64,000 bases of DNA, from assembly GCA_964016885.1 (NCBI GenBank), contig OZ024740.1, positions 407,588,001 through 407,652,000 of the forward strand, given 5' to 3'. The translations under genes were made by a program, and so were the position numbers. The DNA comes from Eledone cirrhosa. Lineage: Eukaryota. A model generated the notes under the pieces. The model saw only the letters and a program-made list of their open reading frames with translations. It made no database searches and was not told where the DNA came from. Below, one piece after another: positions 1 to 12,808 of this stretch (the first letter of the stretch is position 1; the number at the start of each line of letters is the position of its first letter).

Positions 1-356
1 ACAGACCCAGATGCCTTCAGCATCTCGGCAGCTATACCCGATGGACCGGTTGCCTTCCCTATCTTCATATCTCTGATTGCCTTACTTACTACGCTGCCGC
101 TGACTTGTACTGCTGGTCCCTCTATAGGGTCTACGTGGGGTAGGGTCTCTTCTTCCCATGCATTCTCCTCATTTAGTAATCTATCATAATGACTCTTCCA
201 TGCATCTTTCTTCTCAGCACTTGTGAGGGCAAGCTCACCTTTATCATTCCGGATACACTTCTCTCCAATGACATCACAACTATCTCTGACACACTGCCTC
301 GCAATCTTGAATACCTCCTGTTTCTGGTCCTCACGTTGTAAAACATGCTTGAATTT
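1..356 (-). mobile_element. RTE-clade LINE fragment (5'-truncated, continues off the window)
   Basis: Minus strand translates [22 protein letters not shown]...[14 protein letters not shown], homologous to ORF 41284..43395. Confidence 0.92.
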
Positions 357-514
357 TAATAAATAAATAAATAAATAAATAAAATAAAGGGTCAGTATTT
401 TCATTCAAACAATATATTTACTACTCTCATTTCATAGAATTATCTGGAAAGTAGCATTCTTTCACCTTTCATTGATACTTGAAGAAGTTGATGTTTTTTC
501 TTGAAATAAGAAAA

Positions 515-564
515 AAAACTATCTTCAGGTTTTCAACTGGAGTTGAAAACCTGAAGATAGTTTT
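515..564. repeat. Perfect palindrome, 24-bp arms, 2-nt spacer
   Basis: AAAACTATCTTCAGGTTTTCAACT-GG-AGTTGAAAACCTGAAGATAGTTTT. Confidence 0.95.
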
Positions 565-653
565 CCACCATATATATTTTCCCCTCGAGCTCCCAGATAC
601 AGGAAAACTATCTATTGGGCAATTTTCACAATGGATAACAACAGATTTTGTTA

Positions 654-714
654 ATCATCATCATCATCATCATCATCAATTAATGTCTATCTTCCACGCT
701 AGCATGGGTTAGAC
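654..714 (-). mobile_element. RTE 3'-terminal tail with (TGA)n fused to the U1 copy
   Basis: GTCTAACCCATGCTAGCGTGGAAGATAGACATTAATTGA(TGA)n matches the RTE ends at about 51251-51312 and 53282-53344. Confidence 0.9.
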
Positions 715-719
715 TTTTT

Positions 720-881
720 AGGTGAGCGCGAATGCAGACCCCACACTTAGGAATAGTGCACCCGAGTCGCCCACATTTGGGGCAATCACAAAGGTCAACC
801 CAACCAGAGTGCAATGGAAGGGCCTCACTCTGGGAGAACCACCTAGCTGATCATGGTTAACCCCTGTGCCAGGTTAAATGT
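720..881 (-). pseudogene. U1: Full-length U1 snRNA-derived retrocopy (head of a U1-RTE chimera)
   Basis: Minus strand: ACATTTAACCTGGCACAGGGG..CCATGATCA..GGTGGTTCTCCCAG..GAGGC..TCCATTGCACTCTGG..CCCCAAATGTGGG..ACTCG..GGGGTCTGCATTCGCGCTCACCT, colinear with U1 over about 162 nt; 5' end and Sm site are degenerate. Confidence 0.88.
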
Positions 882-2933
882 GTGATAAGTCATTTCACAT
901 AATTTCACAGCAATATGTAGATACTAAATACATGTGTGGAAGAGGGTTTTACTATTTATATTTAGATTTTGAACAGGTCCAATTAATAGCACTACCATAC
1001 CTATAAAGCTTATTTTGAACAGACAACGCTCCCCAGTAACACTACCAAGCAAAAGCCTTTTGGAGATTCTTCATAATCCCAAACTTAAATTTCTTCAGAA
1101 AAGGCATTACCTCATAAACCTTCAAAATTTTCACAAGCTCATTGTTACTCATACCCTCCACTAATTCTTTATAAAATATAAGAATTCACATTCTGCTTAC
1201 TGCATTGTATGCACATAAATAGCCATAGTCTCTCAAGACATTTCTTCCAACCAGAGGGCATATTGACAGTAGATGGATCTTTAGAACAAAGACTCTTGCC
1301 ACCTCGACAAAAAGCAAAAAATCAGATATTCCAATCTAGTAATATATTTCCTGGGTCAAGCCATGATAGTTAAGTCATAGAGCATCAAGATGATTTAGGC
1401 ATTAGCTCCATATGCTTAACCTTTATAGTATAACTCCATCTCAGCTAATTTCTCAGTGAGATTAGCCATGTCATGCTTCACTGCCTCACTTCCTAAACAC
1501 CAAGCAGACCCCTAGTCTAGTAAAAATCGATGCTTCTTTTCATTTTCTCTAGATATGTGGTTGGAATGTCTACTGGTAAAAAAACCCAGTAATATCTTAA
1601 CCTACACCAGCAAATTCTCAGTAAAGAAATTTATATAGATTGGTGGAAATAAACCAGGTACACAAGAAATATTAACATAGCAAATAAGTATTGGTCATAA
1701 ATCTAATGTATACATTGGACCCAGTCTGTATGAACCTATTCCAGTAAGACTACTGCAATATTAACATCATAACTAAATAAGCATCTGAAAAAAGTATGCG
1801 GATATGTTGACCAATTTCTGATCAACAAGACTAAAGTGTGACAATATAGAAAGAATATGGTCATGGTCTAGTTGGATTACAATGTGTTTAATTCTGTTAC
1901 CTTTATATAGTTCATAGGTTTCCTATTTTGTTAAACATCCAGAAACAATAGTCAGAGTCCAAGATGATCTGACTTCACACTGGTAAGTGATGTCGATATT
2001 AAGTGCAGAACAAAAATAATTGTCTCTAATGTGATAAAATATCTCAAGACTAATTCTTATGTTGAAGTTTCCAGACCAACTCAATTGAAAACATAAACAT
2101 TAACCTAATATATAACCTTTTGTAAATGATCTAAAGCTAGCAATATAACCAATGGTAAAAGTATTGAGGGATGAATGAAAAAATTGATAGTGTTTGAAGA
2201 AGAAATATAACCCAAGAAATTTACAGTTAAATCAACAAAATATAGCCCTGTCTATATACAATAAATCAATAATCATGTGTGTGATGAGACCTAAGACAAG
2301 GAAACAAAAACTGGAAATTACTGACAACTAGCAGAAACTTCTACTCTTATAGAAAATGTCCACCTTCATCTAAAATGAATACAAGGAAGCATAAATTTAA
2401 CACTGGTTGAGATAAATTTTGAATAAACTACTGTAATAGTGTTTATTAACCATCAAACATAGTGCTCCTATAACATGAGGTTTGAAAAAGGGTTCCTCAA
2501 AAAATATTTCATAAATGATAACAAGGAATACACACACAAAGAAGCTACAGAATTCTAAATTTAAAAAGATTACAGAGAAAGATTTTTGTTAATCAATACA
2601 AAAAAATGCATAGCTACGTAGCCAGAAAATTTAATTCAGAGCAAGATTCTTAACAGTCTCTCCAGCAAGAGAATATTTACATGGTCACTCAAACTGCTAA
2701 ACACTCCTTAAATAACACTCCACTTTCCTAAAATGAGAACATATTAGATAATGTAGTCATAAATACCCACCAAAAGATAGCCTGATAATGGTTGGAATAC
2801 TTTTGATTATAGGACTGTTTGATCAAAATTGACCTAGGGCTAAACATTAACAAACTAGAGGAGTCTTGAACTAGTAATTATTGCATTAGTTCTGACTTTG
2901 AAAGGTGAGCTTTAGAATTCAAGAGTTATAAAC

Positions 2934-3106
2934 AATAATTGTTTCTACTTTAGGCACAAGGCCAGCAATTACCCAGTGCATTACTGGTACTTTATTTTAT
3001 CGACCCCGTAAGGATGAAAGGCAAAGTCAACCTCGGCGGGATTTGAACTCAGATCGTAAAGGGATGTAACTATGCTGGAAAGCATGGCGTCCGACCCTCT
3101 ACCGAT
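2934..3106 (-). mobile_element. tRNA-derived SINE with a Meta-like central domain
   Basis: B box GAGTTCAAATCC; domain GCCTTTCATCCTTACGGGGTCGATAAAATAAAGTACCAG; 12-bp TSD ATAAACAATAAT. Confidence 0.85.
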
Positions 3107-3504
3107 AAACAATAATAAAAGATCTTGCTCAAAAGCATTGCAGGAGTAATACACCCAAGTGTAATCTCACATCATTAATAACTGTCAAAATATACCATTA
3201 TAGTATTACCGGCCTATGAAGCACAATGGGGCCAAACTATTATACAAGGCTATCCATAGAAATATGGATAATAAAATTGGCAAGCAGCAATGCTGTATAG
3301 ACTCTCACAATATGATGAGTATTGCTGGAATATTATATATATTAGTGAAATGTAAACACAACTGACTGGACATGTTTCTCAGAGACACAGAATGAAAAAT
3401 GTGTACCACTGTGTATGTATGTGTAAATGTGTATATGTACATATGTATATCAACATCATTTTACATTCGTATATGTGTGTATATGTACGTATATATATAT
3501 ATAT

Positions 3505-3685
3505 AAAATAGAATAGCTTTCACCGTATTTTTTGACTAAAGAAATTTTAGTCTGATAATGGGGTTTAGAACCCTCAGTACATGTACGTCAATATTCATCT
3601 TTTTCCATTTATCTGAGGGTTCTAAACCCCATTATCAAACTAAAATTTCTTTAGTCAAAAAATACGGTGAAAGCTATTCTATTTT
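3505..3685. repeat. Inverted repeat, 73-bp arms (1 mismatch), 35-nt spacer
   Basis: 3505-3577 is the reverse complement of 3613-3685. Confidence 0.95.
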
Positions 3686-3737
3686 CTAATTTCAAACCTG
3701 CTCACTGTTTCAAAACATATTTACATATATATATATA

Positions 3738-3841
3738 TATAACAACTAGAAATTGATTAACATATAAATAAACATATGAAACAATCCCCTGTGATTGTTT
3801 CATATGTTTATTTATATGTTAATCAATTTCTAGTTGTTATA
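3738..3841. repeat. Perfect inverted repeat, 49-bp arms, 6-nt loop
   Basis: 3738-3786 vs 3793-3841. Confidence 0.95.
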
Positions 3842-6619
3842 AAATGCTCGGACCTATTCATTAGAATCTTGGAGCTTATTTTACGGGTGATATGGTGCAT
3901 GCCTTTCTGGCATGACACCCATAATTTTTATTTAGATTAAATTCACTTTGATTTATCTTAATTTTGTATATATATATATTTGGGCACTTGTGTTCTGGAC
4001 CAGACTGAGGAAGCAGTGAAAGGAGTGATGAAGTGAGAACAGCAAGGGCTAGGCTACATGAGAGGGAGTTATATATATATATATATATAAGTGTGTGTGT
4101 GTACATATACACACACATATTCCGATTCAAATGTGTACAATACATTGTAGCAGATTGGTTATGCCAAAAAGCTATTTTTGTATAGGACACAGGAATATGT
4201 TTGTGTGAAATTGATTGCAACATGCAAATAAATAAAAGCTTGAGTATATAAATAATTCCAAGTGAAATGGCTGACATAGTATCATTGAAAAGCAATTCTC
4301 TTTGAATGCCTAATTAAGAAATCAATATCTGACTAAAAATTTGTGTTAATGTATGGAAGAAATAAACTTAAGTTAATGTAATCTTATTTTAAAAACCAGT
4401 AAAAAGTTGATAGTTTTATATTTTGAACTATATAACATACCAGAATCAAACACCAATCTGTGGTAACTAAAATGAGCTTAATACAACTTCCTCTATTAAA
4501 TCAGTTGCTTTGATGTATTGCATCAAAAATTATTATTTATAAGTTGAAAGTTGTTACATATAAACTTTCCTATGTTGAAAGCAAAGTTTCTATTTTAAAT
4601 TGAAATATCATACAAATACATTTTAGATCAGTACAAGGGCAAACAATTATACAGTAAGGGTATAGTCAATTGAATTACTTTATGATACACAAAAGAGCGA
4701 AAGACTTTTTAGCTCCTGTACATTGTGAATTCAGAACATAGATAAAACTACATACTAAGGTGCTACTATTTCTGCTTCACCACTGTATTCATACCATTGT
4801 AAATAATAAATGAATATATTATGATGATGATGATGATTACAAAATTAAATGGAAGGTAGAGTTTATCTTCATATTAGCTGTTCACAGACACAACTGTATT
4901 GTTATAACGATGTGGTTCCATGCTTAATCAAACTGCATGGAACCTTTAGTTAGTGTCTTCTACCATAGACTCGGCTTAACCAATAGCGTGTGAATGATTT
5001 TTTGTAGATATCAACTGTGTGAAATCCTGCTGACTGTGAATGTGCGTGTGTTATAATAATTCTGACACATAACACAGCATGTTCAGTACATGAATGTAGT
5101 GCTGAATGTAAACATAAATTTGTGAACAATTTGAACACCTTTCTTCTTTCATTTCAATATAGATGACTGTTGATAAACATAAAACCACAAAGATACAAGG
5201 TTTTGTACTTTAAATAACTCTTTATATATATATATATAGTAGTAAGGGTGCAATTGGATTGCATTCACAGGTGGTCTGCTAAGATGAGTAACACTGATTC
5301 TTTGTTCCCTAATTATATCATCATCATCATCATCATCATCAGTATGAAGATATATATATAGGTGAAATGTTACTGGTTAAGTCCAGTAAGACCATTATTC
5401 AACTTAGAACTCTATACTTACGAAAAGTAGAGTATAAATATTATAAAAAATTTCTGCCCTATGGTTAAACATTTACTGTTTCGATAGTAAATGAAAAATA
5501 AAATCTAATTTGATCTGACTTGTTTGAAAAGTATCGCCCCCCCCCCCCCCCCCCCCACACGGGCATAGTTATAGTTTGGTTGACAGGTATTGGGACCTAT
5601 CAGGAAGGGGACTGTGTGATGAACTAGTGAAAAAAAAAGAAGTGGTTGAGAGAAATACAAAAAAAGGGAAGGAGGAGGAAAGAGGAAGAATATATAGAAA
5701 GGGGCGAAGAAAGATATGGAGGTGTACGGTTGTATAAGTAAGAGAACTGATGGTGTTGATGTTAGTTATTGTCATTATCTCCTGTTTTAAATATCTTTAT
5801 TTTCTATGGCCTAGGCCCTCAGAATGAGGTGGGGTCAGTTTAATGTGATGGGGTAGTCATTTGATAATGTATTTTAGTTTCTAGTTGGGAGGTATTGTGT
5901 CTGTTAGACTGGAGTTGGCTATGGGACAAAATTCAATAAATCATCCTGTTGGCAGGACAGTTTTTGTGTGTGCTTTCTTGGGTGTGTGTTGTGTGCATGA
6001 CGTGTGTACTGCTTTATATATATGTGTGTATGTGTGTGTGAGCATGTTTATGTATATGTGTTTATGTCACCTTTATCAGTGCACATCGGGGAGGGGAAAA
6101 GTTGCAAACATAACTGAAAAACTAGTATTCTTTGAACAAATACTTCTGTGATATCTGTCCTACAATGAGTTAGATTCATATCTTTCTTGGTCAAATATGC
6201 AGTAAATTAATAATTAGCTTGTTAGAAAACTCTAACCAATAATATTGCTATTGTTCACCAATTGTAACATAAAATAAAAAATTAAATTAAATTAAATAAC
6301 TATATAAAGTTCAAAATCACTTTGTAATTAAAATAAAATTTAAATATTTGTCCTACTTCTTTAAGGCTGGTCCAGACACAGATAGCTACAATACATCTTC
6401 CAGATATAAAAACTGAACAACAAAATAAAGGCTAGTTGTTTGGAGGCTATAAGAAATCTGAAGCATCATTACAGAACTTTAAAATTACTGATTGTAATAC
6501 TCCAAATGAATCTAACCTAGGTCAATACGGACAATATTAAAACAATGATGGTGATATTTAGTTTTGTCCTTGAACATTCATGTTCAAATTTTGTCAGAGA
6601 GAACTTTGTTTTAAAATAA

Positions 6620-6730
6620 TATAATAATAATGAAATTATTGTGTACAGTGCTCAGGTGCACTACAACTAATCAAAGGTGCATGTATAGTACATAGAATAA
6701 TATACAAATTTCAGGGAAGTGAATAGTGTA
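6620..6730 (-). mobile_element. CR1-like LINE 3' UTR fragment
   Basis: Near-identical to about 56090-56195, the 3' UTR of the CR1-like copy. Confidence 0.65.
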
Positions 6731-7774
6731 TCCTTCTACAGTCAAACAGATAAGTATTGGTGATGTAATGGGGTTACTTTAACTAGATTTACCCCTCTAC
6801 GATGTTCTGATAATTACTGTGTGGTTAAGAAGTTTGCTTCACAACCACATAGCTCTATATTTAAACCCACTATGTGGTCTTTTGTGCACGTGTATGCTAC
6901 CACAGCTTCCGATTGACCAATGTTTTATCAGAGCATTTTGTTAGTCACAAACTATGTAGAATCCTATTATATACAGATATTTACCTTAATTATTTTATGT
7001 CTGAAATTCTATCATATAGTAAATATAGTCCTAATTACTTTTTAGAAAAATTATAAGCCTCCTTAATTCATAAAACTAAAATCAATTACACATTTATGTA
7101 TGATATTTAGTTTTGCATAGTTTTATCTTTTTTTGCTTCTCACACAGGAAAATTATTTTTTTTTAAATAAACACTTTTTGTAATTATATCTCTTACACAA
7201 ATATACATTTTAAATATATTTTATTTCCAATTTAGTTGCATGTATGTTTAATTTAATAATATACATGTTTTTTCTCATATGCACACATTTCCTACAAATA
7301 TATTAACCATTTGTTGTATACAACCTCCCACAAAACTCCCCTGTATTGATCTTTCCTTTTAATGAATTTTTCAAATAAGGCACTTAATGGATGAAGTTTA
7401 ACAGTGTTTAACAGTATTCAATGAAATCCTCTTATAACGTTCAAATATTTTCTATGTGGTCTATATATATATATATATCATCATCATTTAACATCCATTT
7501 CCAAGCTAGCATGGGTTTTGTTCCATTTGATGCGGGAATGGTCGGGACACCATGTCTCGCTCACACGGAAGCATCTCTGGCATTGTGTGTGTGTGTGTGT
7601 ATACACACACACACATAATATATATATAGAGAGAGATTTCTTGTTATATTTATTATAAGATCAGAAATGGGAAACTCTGAGTAATGATGGGGAGAAGTTT
7701 TCAGTTTCTAATAAATATCATAAATAAATAACTCTACTTTCTGTAAGGAGTATACCCATTTCTCTTTGTCCACA

Positions 7775-7930
7775 GGTAGGTAGGTAGGTGTGTGTGTGTG
7801 TGTATATGTACACACACACACACATACATACATATGGTAGGTGTGTGTGTATGTGTACATACACACACACACACATACATATGGTAGGTGTGTGTGTGTA
7901 TGTGTACATACACACACACATACATATGGA
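7775..7930. repeat. Compound (TG)n/(CA)n minisatellite, about 3 units
   Basis: Repeated GGTAGG(TG)nTATGTGTACATA(CA)nTACATAT. Confidence 0.85.
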
Positions 7931-8168
7931 AGGCACTTTATTTTTTGTTGCTCCAGTTAACTCAGCTGTAGAAATGAATTGCAGCATCATACCAAGCTGT
8001 ATTGGCCATTGCCTTTCCCTTGAACAACACCAGTGGAGTGGAAAGGGGAGATCGGTATGCATGGCTGACTGCTGGTCTTCCACAAACAACCTTGCCTGGA
8101 CTTGAGCCATGGCAGGGAACTTTCAAGGTGCAAATCCCATGGTCATTCATGACCGAAGGGGCTTTAGG
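7929..8168 (+). mobile_element. 5'-truncated CORE-type SINE with a distinct tail
   Basis: CACTTTATT..GCTCCAGTTAACTCAGCTGTAGAAATGA shared with the 45750 family, followed by unrelated 3' sequence. Confidence 0.65.
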
Positions 8169-8876
8169 AATATATGTATGTGTGTATATATATATATATC
8201 ATTATCACCATTTAGCATCTGCTTTTCCATGCTAACATGGGTTGGGTGGATCTTCACAGACAATGTGAGTTAAAGTTACTGTCTTCCCAGACAGGCGAGG
8301 GCCACATCTCACTAGTATATGTTCTGATTTTGACATGGTTTCTGTAGCTGGATGCCCTTTCTGTACAACATGGACTCATATGAATTGTGAAAGTACAGAA
8401 TCAATTGTAGAAAATTATGCAACTAAATAAAATACAATTTTCATCCTGAATTGTCATGGTGATAATTAAGTTCTGTATACAGAAAAGAAATTGTCAGAAT
8501 ATATTCAAGGCAACATGCCAAGGTGTGTAATACCATCACAGGAATATTCATCTCTATTAGATCCATACATTATCTGGAATACTACCTGACTGATAAAAAT
8601 TGGTGAGACATGGAATTATTTATTTATATAAGTATTTACTTATATAAAACCTGATTATATTTATCATTTCTCCATGATGGGTGACTCAAAGTACACATGC
8701 TTTTACTCAAAAATGTGTTTCCATTCCTTCCTCTTCTCACCCTCCATCTTTTATTTCTCATTCTATCTTTTAAAGAAGGACTACTGTCCAAATGGTAGAG
8801 ACTCTTTTCCTACTGTATCAAGCGTTAAACTAATATATTTCTTCATTGTACTGTGTTGTTTCTGTTTACTTTTTGC

Positions 8877-8909
<33 letters not shown>

Positions 8910-8910
<1 letters not shown>

Positions 8911-10480
8911 ATCATCATTATAGTTTTTATGTCCATTTTCCCATGTTTGCATAGGTTGGATGGGCCCTTTTCAGCACAGCATCTCTCCACACACTGTATT
9001 CCTTCATCTCATCTATGAGTCCTGGTGACTTGAAATCAGCTTTCACCACCTCTTCCCAGGTCTACCTCCACCACAGCTTCCTTCCACTGGCCATCATCCA
9101 TGTGCATCCCATATCCATACCAAAGCAATCTTCTCTCTTGCATACCACTTTGGATTCCTCTTAAACCCAGTTTCTCCCTCAGTTCATCCAAGCTTTGCAT
9201 TTCTCTCACATTTACATTACACATCCATTTAAGCATGGTTGCTTCATTTCTCTCCAGCCTATGCTTATCCTTTCTGTCACTACCATACAGCTTCACACTT
9301 CACACACAAGTATCATACAATCATTCTTTTGTACAAAAGAAAAAACATTTTGTTGTCAACAGTGTGAGTAACTCTCTAAACTTCTAACCTGTCCTTATTC
9401 TAGCTATTATGCCTGCAGAGCATTCCCCTTCTATTACTATCAACCACTTCATGAAGGATCCATAGGAGGTTTATATCGCTGATATTCATCCCCTCGATTA
9501 CTCCTGTGCATCTTTCACATACAAAGTCTTGCCTTTCTTTTAGTCTACCTGTTTTTCCACCACATCTTTTCTGTATCCAAGGTTTACATCATGTACACTT
9601 TATGGAGTTTATGTCTACTCTTTTTCTACATATTGAACATGGTCACTTCCCTGACAGAATCAGGGTCCTATCTCATTTCTTACTTACTAGCGCTTTAGTT
9701 TTGGTTAAGTTTACTCTCAGACCTTATGATTGTAAATTCTGTTTCCATAATCAGAATTTATTCTCTAGTTCTTTTAGGGATTCAGCTACAAGCACCAGAT
9801 CATCTGCATAGAGAAGTTCCCATGGACAGTCAGTCTTAAACTCCCCTGATATTGCCTGGAGAACTATGAGAAACAGCAGGGGGCTAAGAATCGAACCTTC
9901 ATGAACACCTACTTGTACCATAAATTCCTCACTAGACTCACTTCCTACTCTCACTTTACTGACAGCTCTTCTGTACATAGCTAGCACTGCTCTCACAAGC
10001 CATTCTTCTACACCTATTTTCCTTAAGGACCACTAGATAATAGATTGAGGTACTCTGCCTTTTCTAGATCAACAAAAACTAAATATAGTGGCTTATTCTT
10101 GGCTAGGAACTTTTCTTGTAATTGTCTCACTAGAAAGAGGACATCTGTAGTACTTCTCCCAGGCATAAAACCAAACTGCATCACGTCTAATTTTACTCTT
10201 TCCCTTATTAGCTGTATATATATCTCTTTCTGTCACTTTCACAACTTGATCAATTAGTTTTATTCCTCTGGTTGCTTCTAGAGCATCACCTTTGCCCATG
10301 TAGCAATTTATGATTGTACTGCTGTGCCAGTCATTGGGTATGACTGTCCTGTATTACTTGATTTACTATACAGGTTACTAGTTTGACTCCTACTTCTCCA
10401 GATGCTTTTAGCATCTCAGTAACTATTTCTGATGGTCCTACAGCTTTACCATTCTTCATCTTTGATTGCTTCTTTGACCC
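8910..10480 (-). mobile_element. Degenerate RTE LINE (RT region to 3' end)
   Basis: ORF-track fragments [56 protein letters not shown]; tail near 8910-8960. Confidence 0.92.
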
Positions 10481-12408
10481 TAAAACTGTCAACTTTAATA
10501 GCTTGTGCTTCTGTTGGGGAAGTTGGGGGTAGTCTCTTTTCCTGCTATACATTTATCTGTCTCTCATAGTAACATGTCTTTGTTAAGCTTTATGTCTCTC
10601 AAGTACTCTGTGAATCGGTCCAAAATGGGGGCCTGTTTGTCCAATATATATATCTATAAACAACAGGTATAAGTCAAGATTTCATAATTTATTTCTTTTA
10701 TTACGATTATATGTATTTCACTGATAGCCACAATTCAACAGCTATGACCTCTTCAGACAGTTAGAAGCAACATATATATATATATATATATGTGTGTGGG
10801 GGGGGGGGTTGTCTATTCATAATATATATATATATGTGTGTGTGTGTTTGCATGTGTGTGCGTATAATTTAATGTCCATTTTCTCTGTTATAAATGTGAA
10901 CACAGATATTGAATTTTAAAGATTAATTACACTGAGAAACGCAACTTTTAGTGACTTTGATGTTAGACCTGTCCCTGGGTATATTGACGTCACTCATTCT
11001 AAAAATGACATTAGTTTTCTCTATTATCTCTACTTCTCAAGATATGGTGTATGTCTAGAAATAATCTATATAATGCTATATAATTGCTGAGTGGCAATCA
11101 CTTTTGTTTCCTGAATACAAAAGTATGATAAATGTCAGCAAATATAGTGTTTTAACATGAAACAAGCTTACGACACACAAGATTAGGACACACAAAAAAA
11201 AAAAAGATATATGTTTTCATTGAGACATCTCACAAAAACTACGTTTCTGAGATTTTATGAGCTGAAATATTCCTGGACATGCACATTGGATGCTCCAGCA
11301 GTAATCCAGTATCATGTGTATTATATTGTCCACAACAGCATTTTCTCATGGTCTTTAGTTATTGATGGAACCTTTTACCCTGTTCCCTGTTTAGATCACC
11401 GAGGCTATTTACGAAATATGGCTGTGGAGGTAATTTAGTTTGATCCTCATTTTTACAAAAAGAAAAGAGCATTGAGTTCCCAAGGAAAATTTTTCATAAC
11501 TATATTAAATGATGACCATGCACATACTTCAATGTTGTCTATTAGAACTTCTAAATGTGGGTTGTTCTCACTCAATGTTTGTCATTAGTTCCACTATCCC
11601 AAAGATATATAAAGTATGGATACCTAGTGTAACCAGTATGTTGGCCCAGGAGAAAAATTTGCTAACTTCAGATTCACATCGTCATCCATTGGTGGTCTTG
11701 GTATAATACATTTTCTAGGCAGCTGAATAATCAATTAAGATTGATCTGTATATGTTGCAATTGTATAAAAGAACATAAATATAGGTGAAAATTTAATTAC
11801 TGAGGTGTATCTGATTTATGAGCAGATTATAATACCATTCCAAAAAGATAATAAACTAGAGTTGCCATAACAAAATGGATAGTATTTTCTGAATAAGTGG
11901 CATGAAAATACCAAGAGTCATGTCTAAAATTTCATCTCAGGCACCAAGAAAAAACTTCTTTTTTCCTCAGTGTAATAAATGGTACTCTATTTATTGGTAT
12001 ATTTTATAAACAAACTCTGGATGAATGTAAGCAGCTTCTTAAGGAATAACATTTTACTATACAATAACATTTTTGTATATACTAAACCAACTTCCTGACA
12101 AACAATATCTAGTAGCTGTTAGTATTATAATAATTATTTAATAAAAAAAGTATATATATATATATATATACAACTTGAATTTGTTTTGCAAGGTTTTTGA
12201 TATGAGTGTCGAAACAAATATTGTTATACTTGGGGAGGGTCATATTGTTGTAATATTGCCAGAAATAATAACAGAACACACTCACTGTTTGGTTGGTTTT
12301 CGCTTCTGTATCTTTTATATCTCCATAGTTAATTTATTTGGTAATCAATGTTTATAATTGATTGACCAGCAGTTAAAAATACAGATATATATATAAATAT
12401 ATATAGTC

Positions 12409-12452
12409 TATCAAAGTTCTTTCGTTGCACATCTGCAACATCATCAGTGATA
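12409..12452 (-). ncRNA. Minimal type I hammerhead ribozyme motif (Penelope-type)
   Basis: TATCA-CTGATGA-T-GTTGCA-GATG-TGCAAC-GAAA-G-AA-CTT-TGATA: intact core, 6-bp stem II, 5-bp stem I, vestigial stem III. Confidence 0.7.
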
Positions 12453-12729
12453 CTATTATGTTTCCTCCTGTCTATGCCATTTTTATTTTAATTTTAATTT
12501 AATGGAATAACAACAACAACCATACCCAAACAAACAATACTGACTTAGGGAAATACAAATAAATAAATAAATATATACACAAGTACAATAACAACAAACA
12601 CATATAAACACACACTAGTGAACAAAGATAGAATACAAAAACAAAAATACATATACTCAAACGTGAACACACACACCAAATACTATACACACACGCAAAC
12701 GCATGTGCAGAGACAGAGACAAGAAGAAA

Positions 12730-12760
<31 letters not shown>

Positions 12761-12808
12761 AAATAAAAATGGCGTAGACATACAATACAACAGGAGGAAA
12801 CATAATAG

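Noticed and set aside
720-881. Functional U1 snRNA gene
   Set aside because: Mutated 5' end and Sm site, no recognisable promoter element or 3' box, fused to a LINE tail; kept as a retrocopy
7708-8110. Overlapping CV/HT-rich ORFs (also 29926-30261 and similar)
   Set aside because: Products of TG/CA/TA repeats; no coding signal of their own
10735-10760. CTGAAGA-containing hammerhead candidates on the minus strand (also 14725-14752)
   Set aside because: No adequate stem II followed by GAAA
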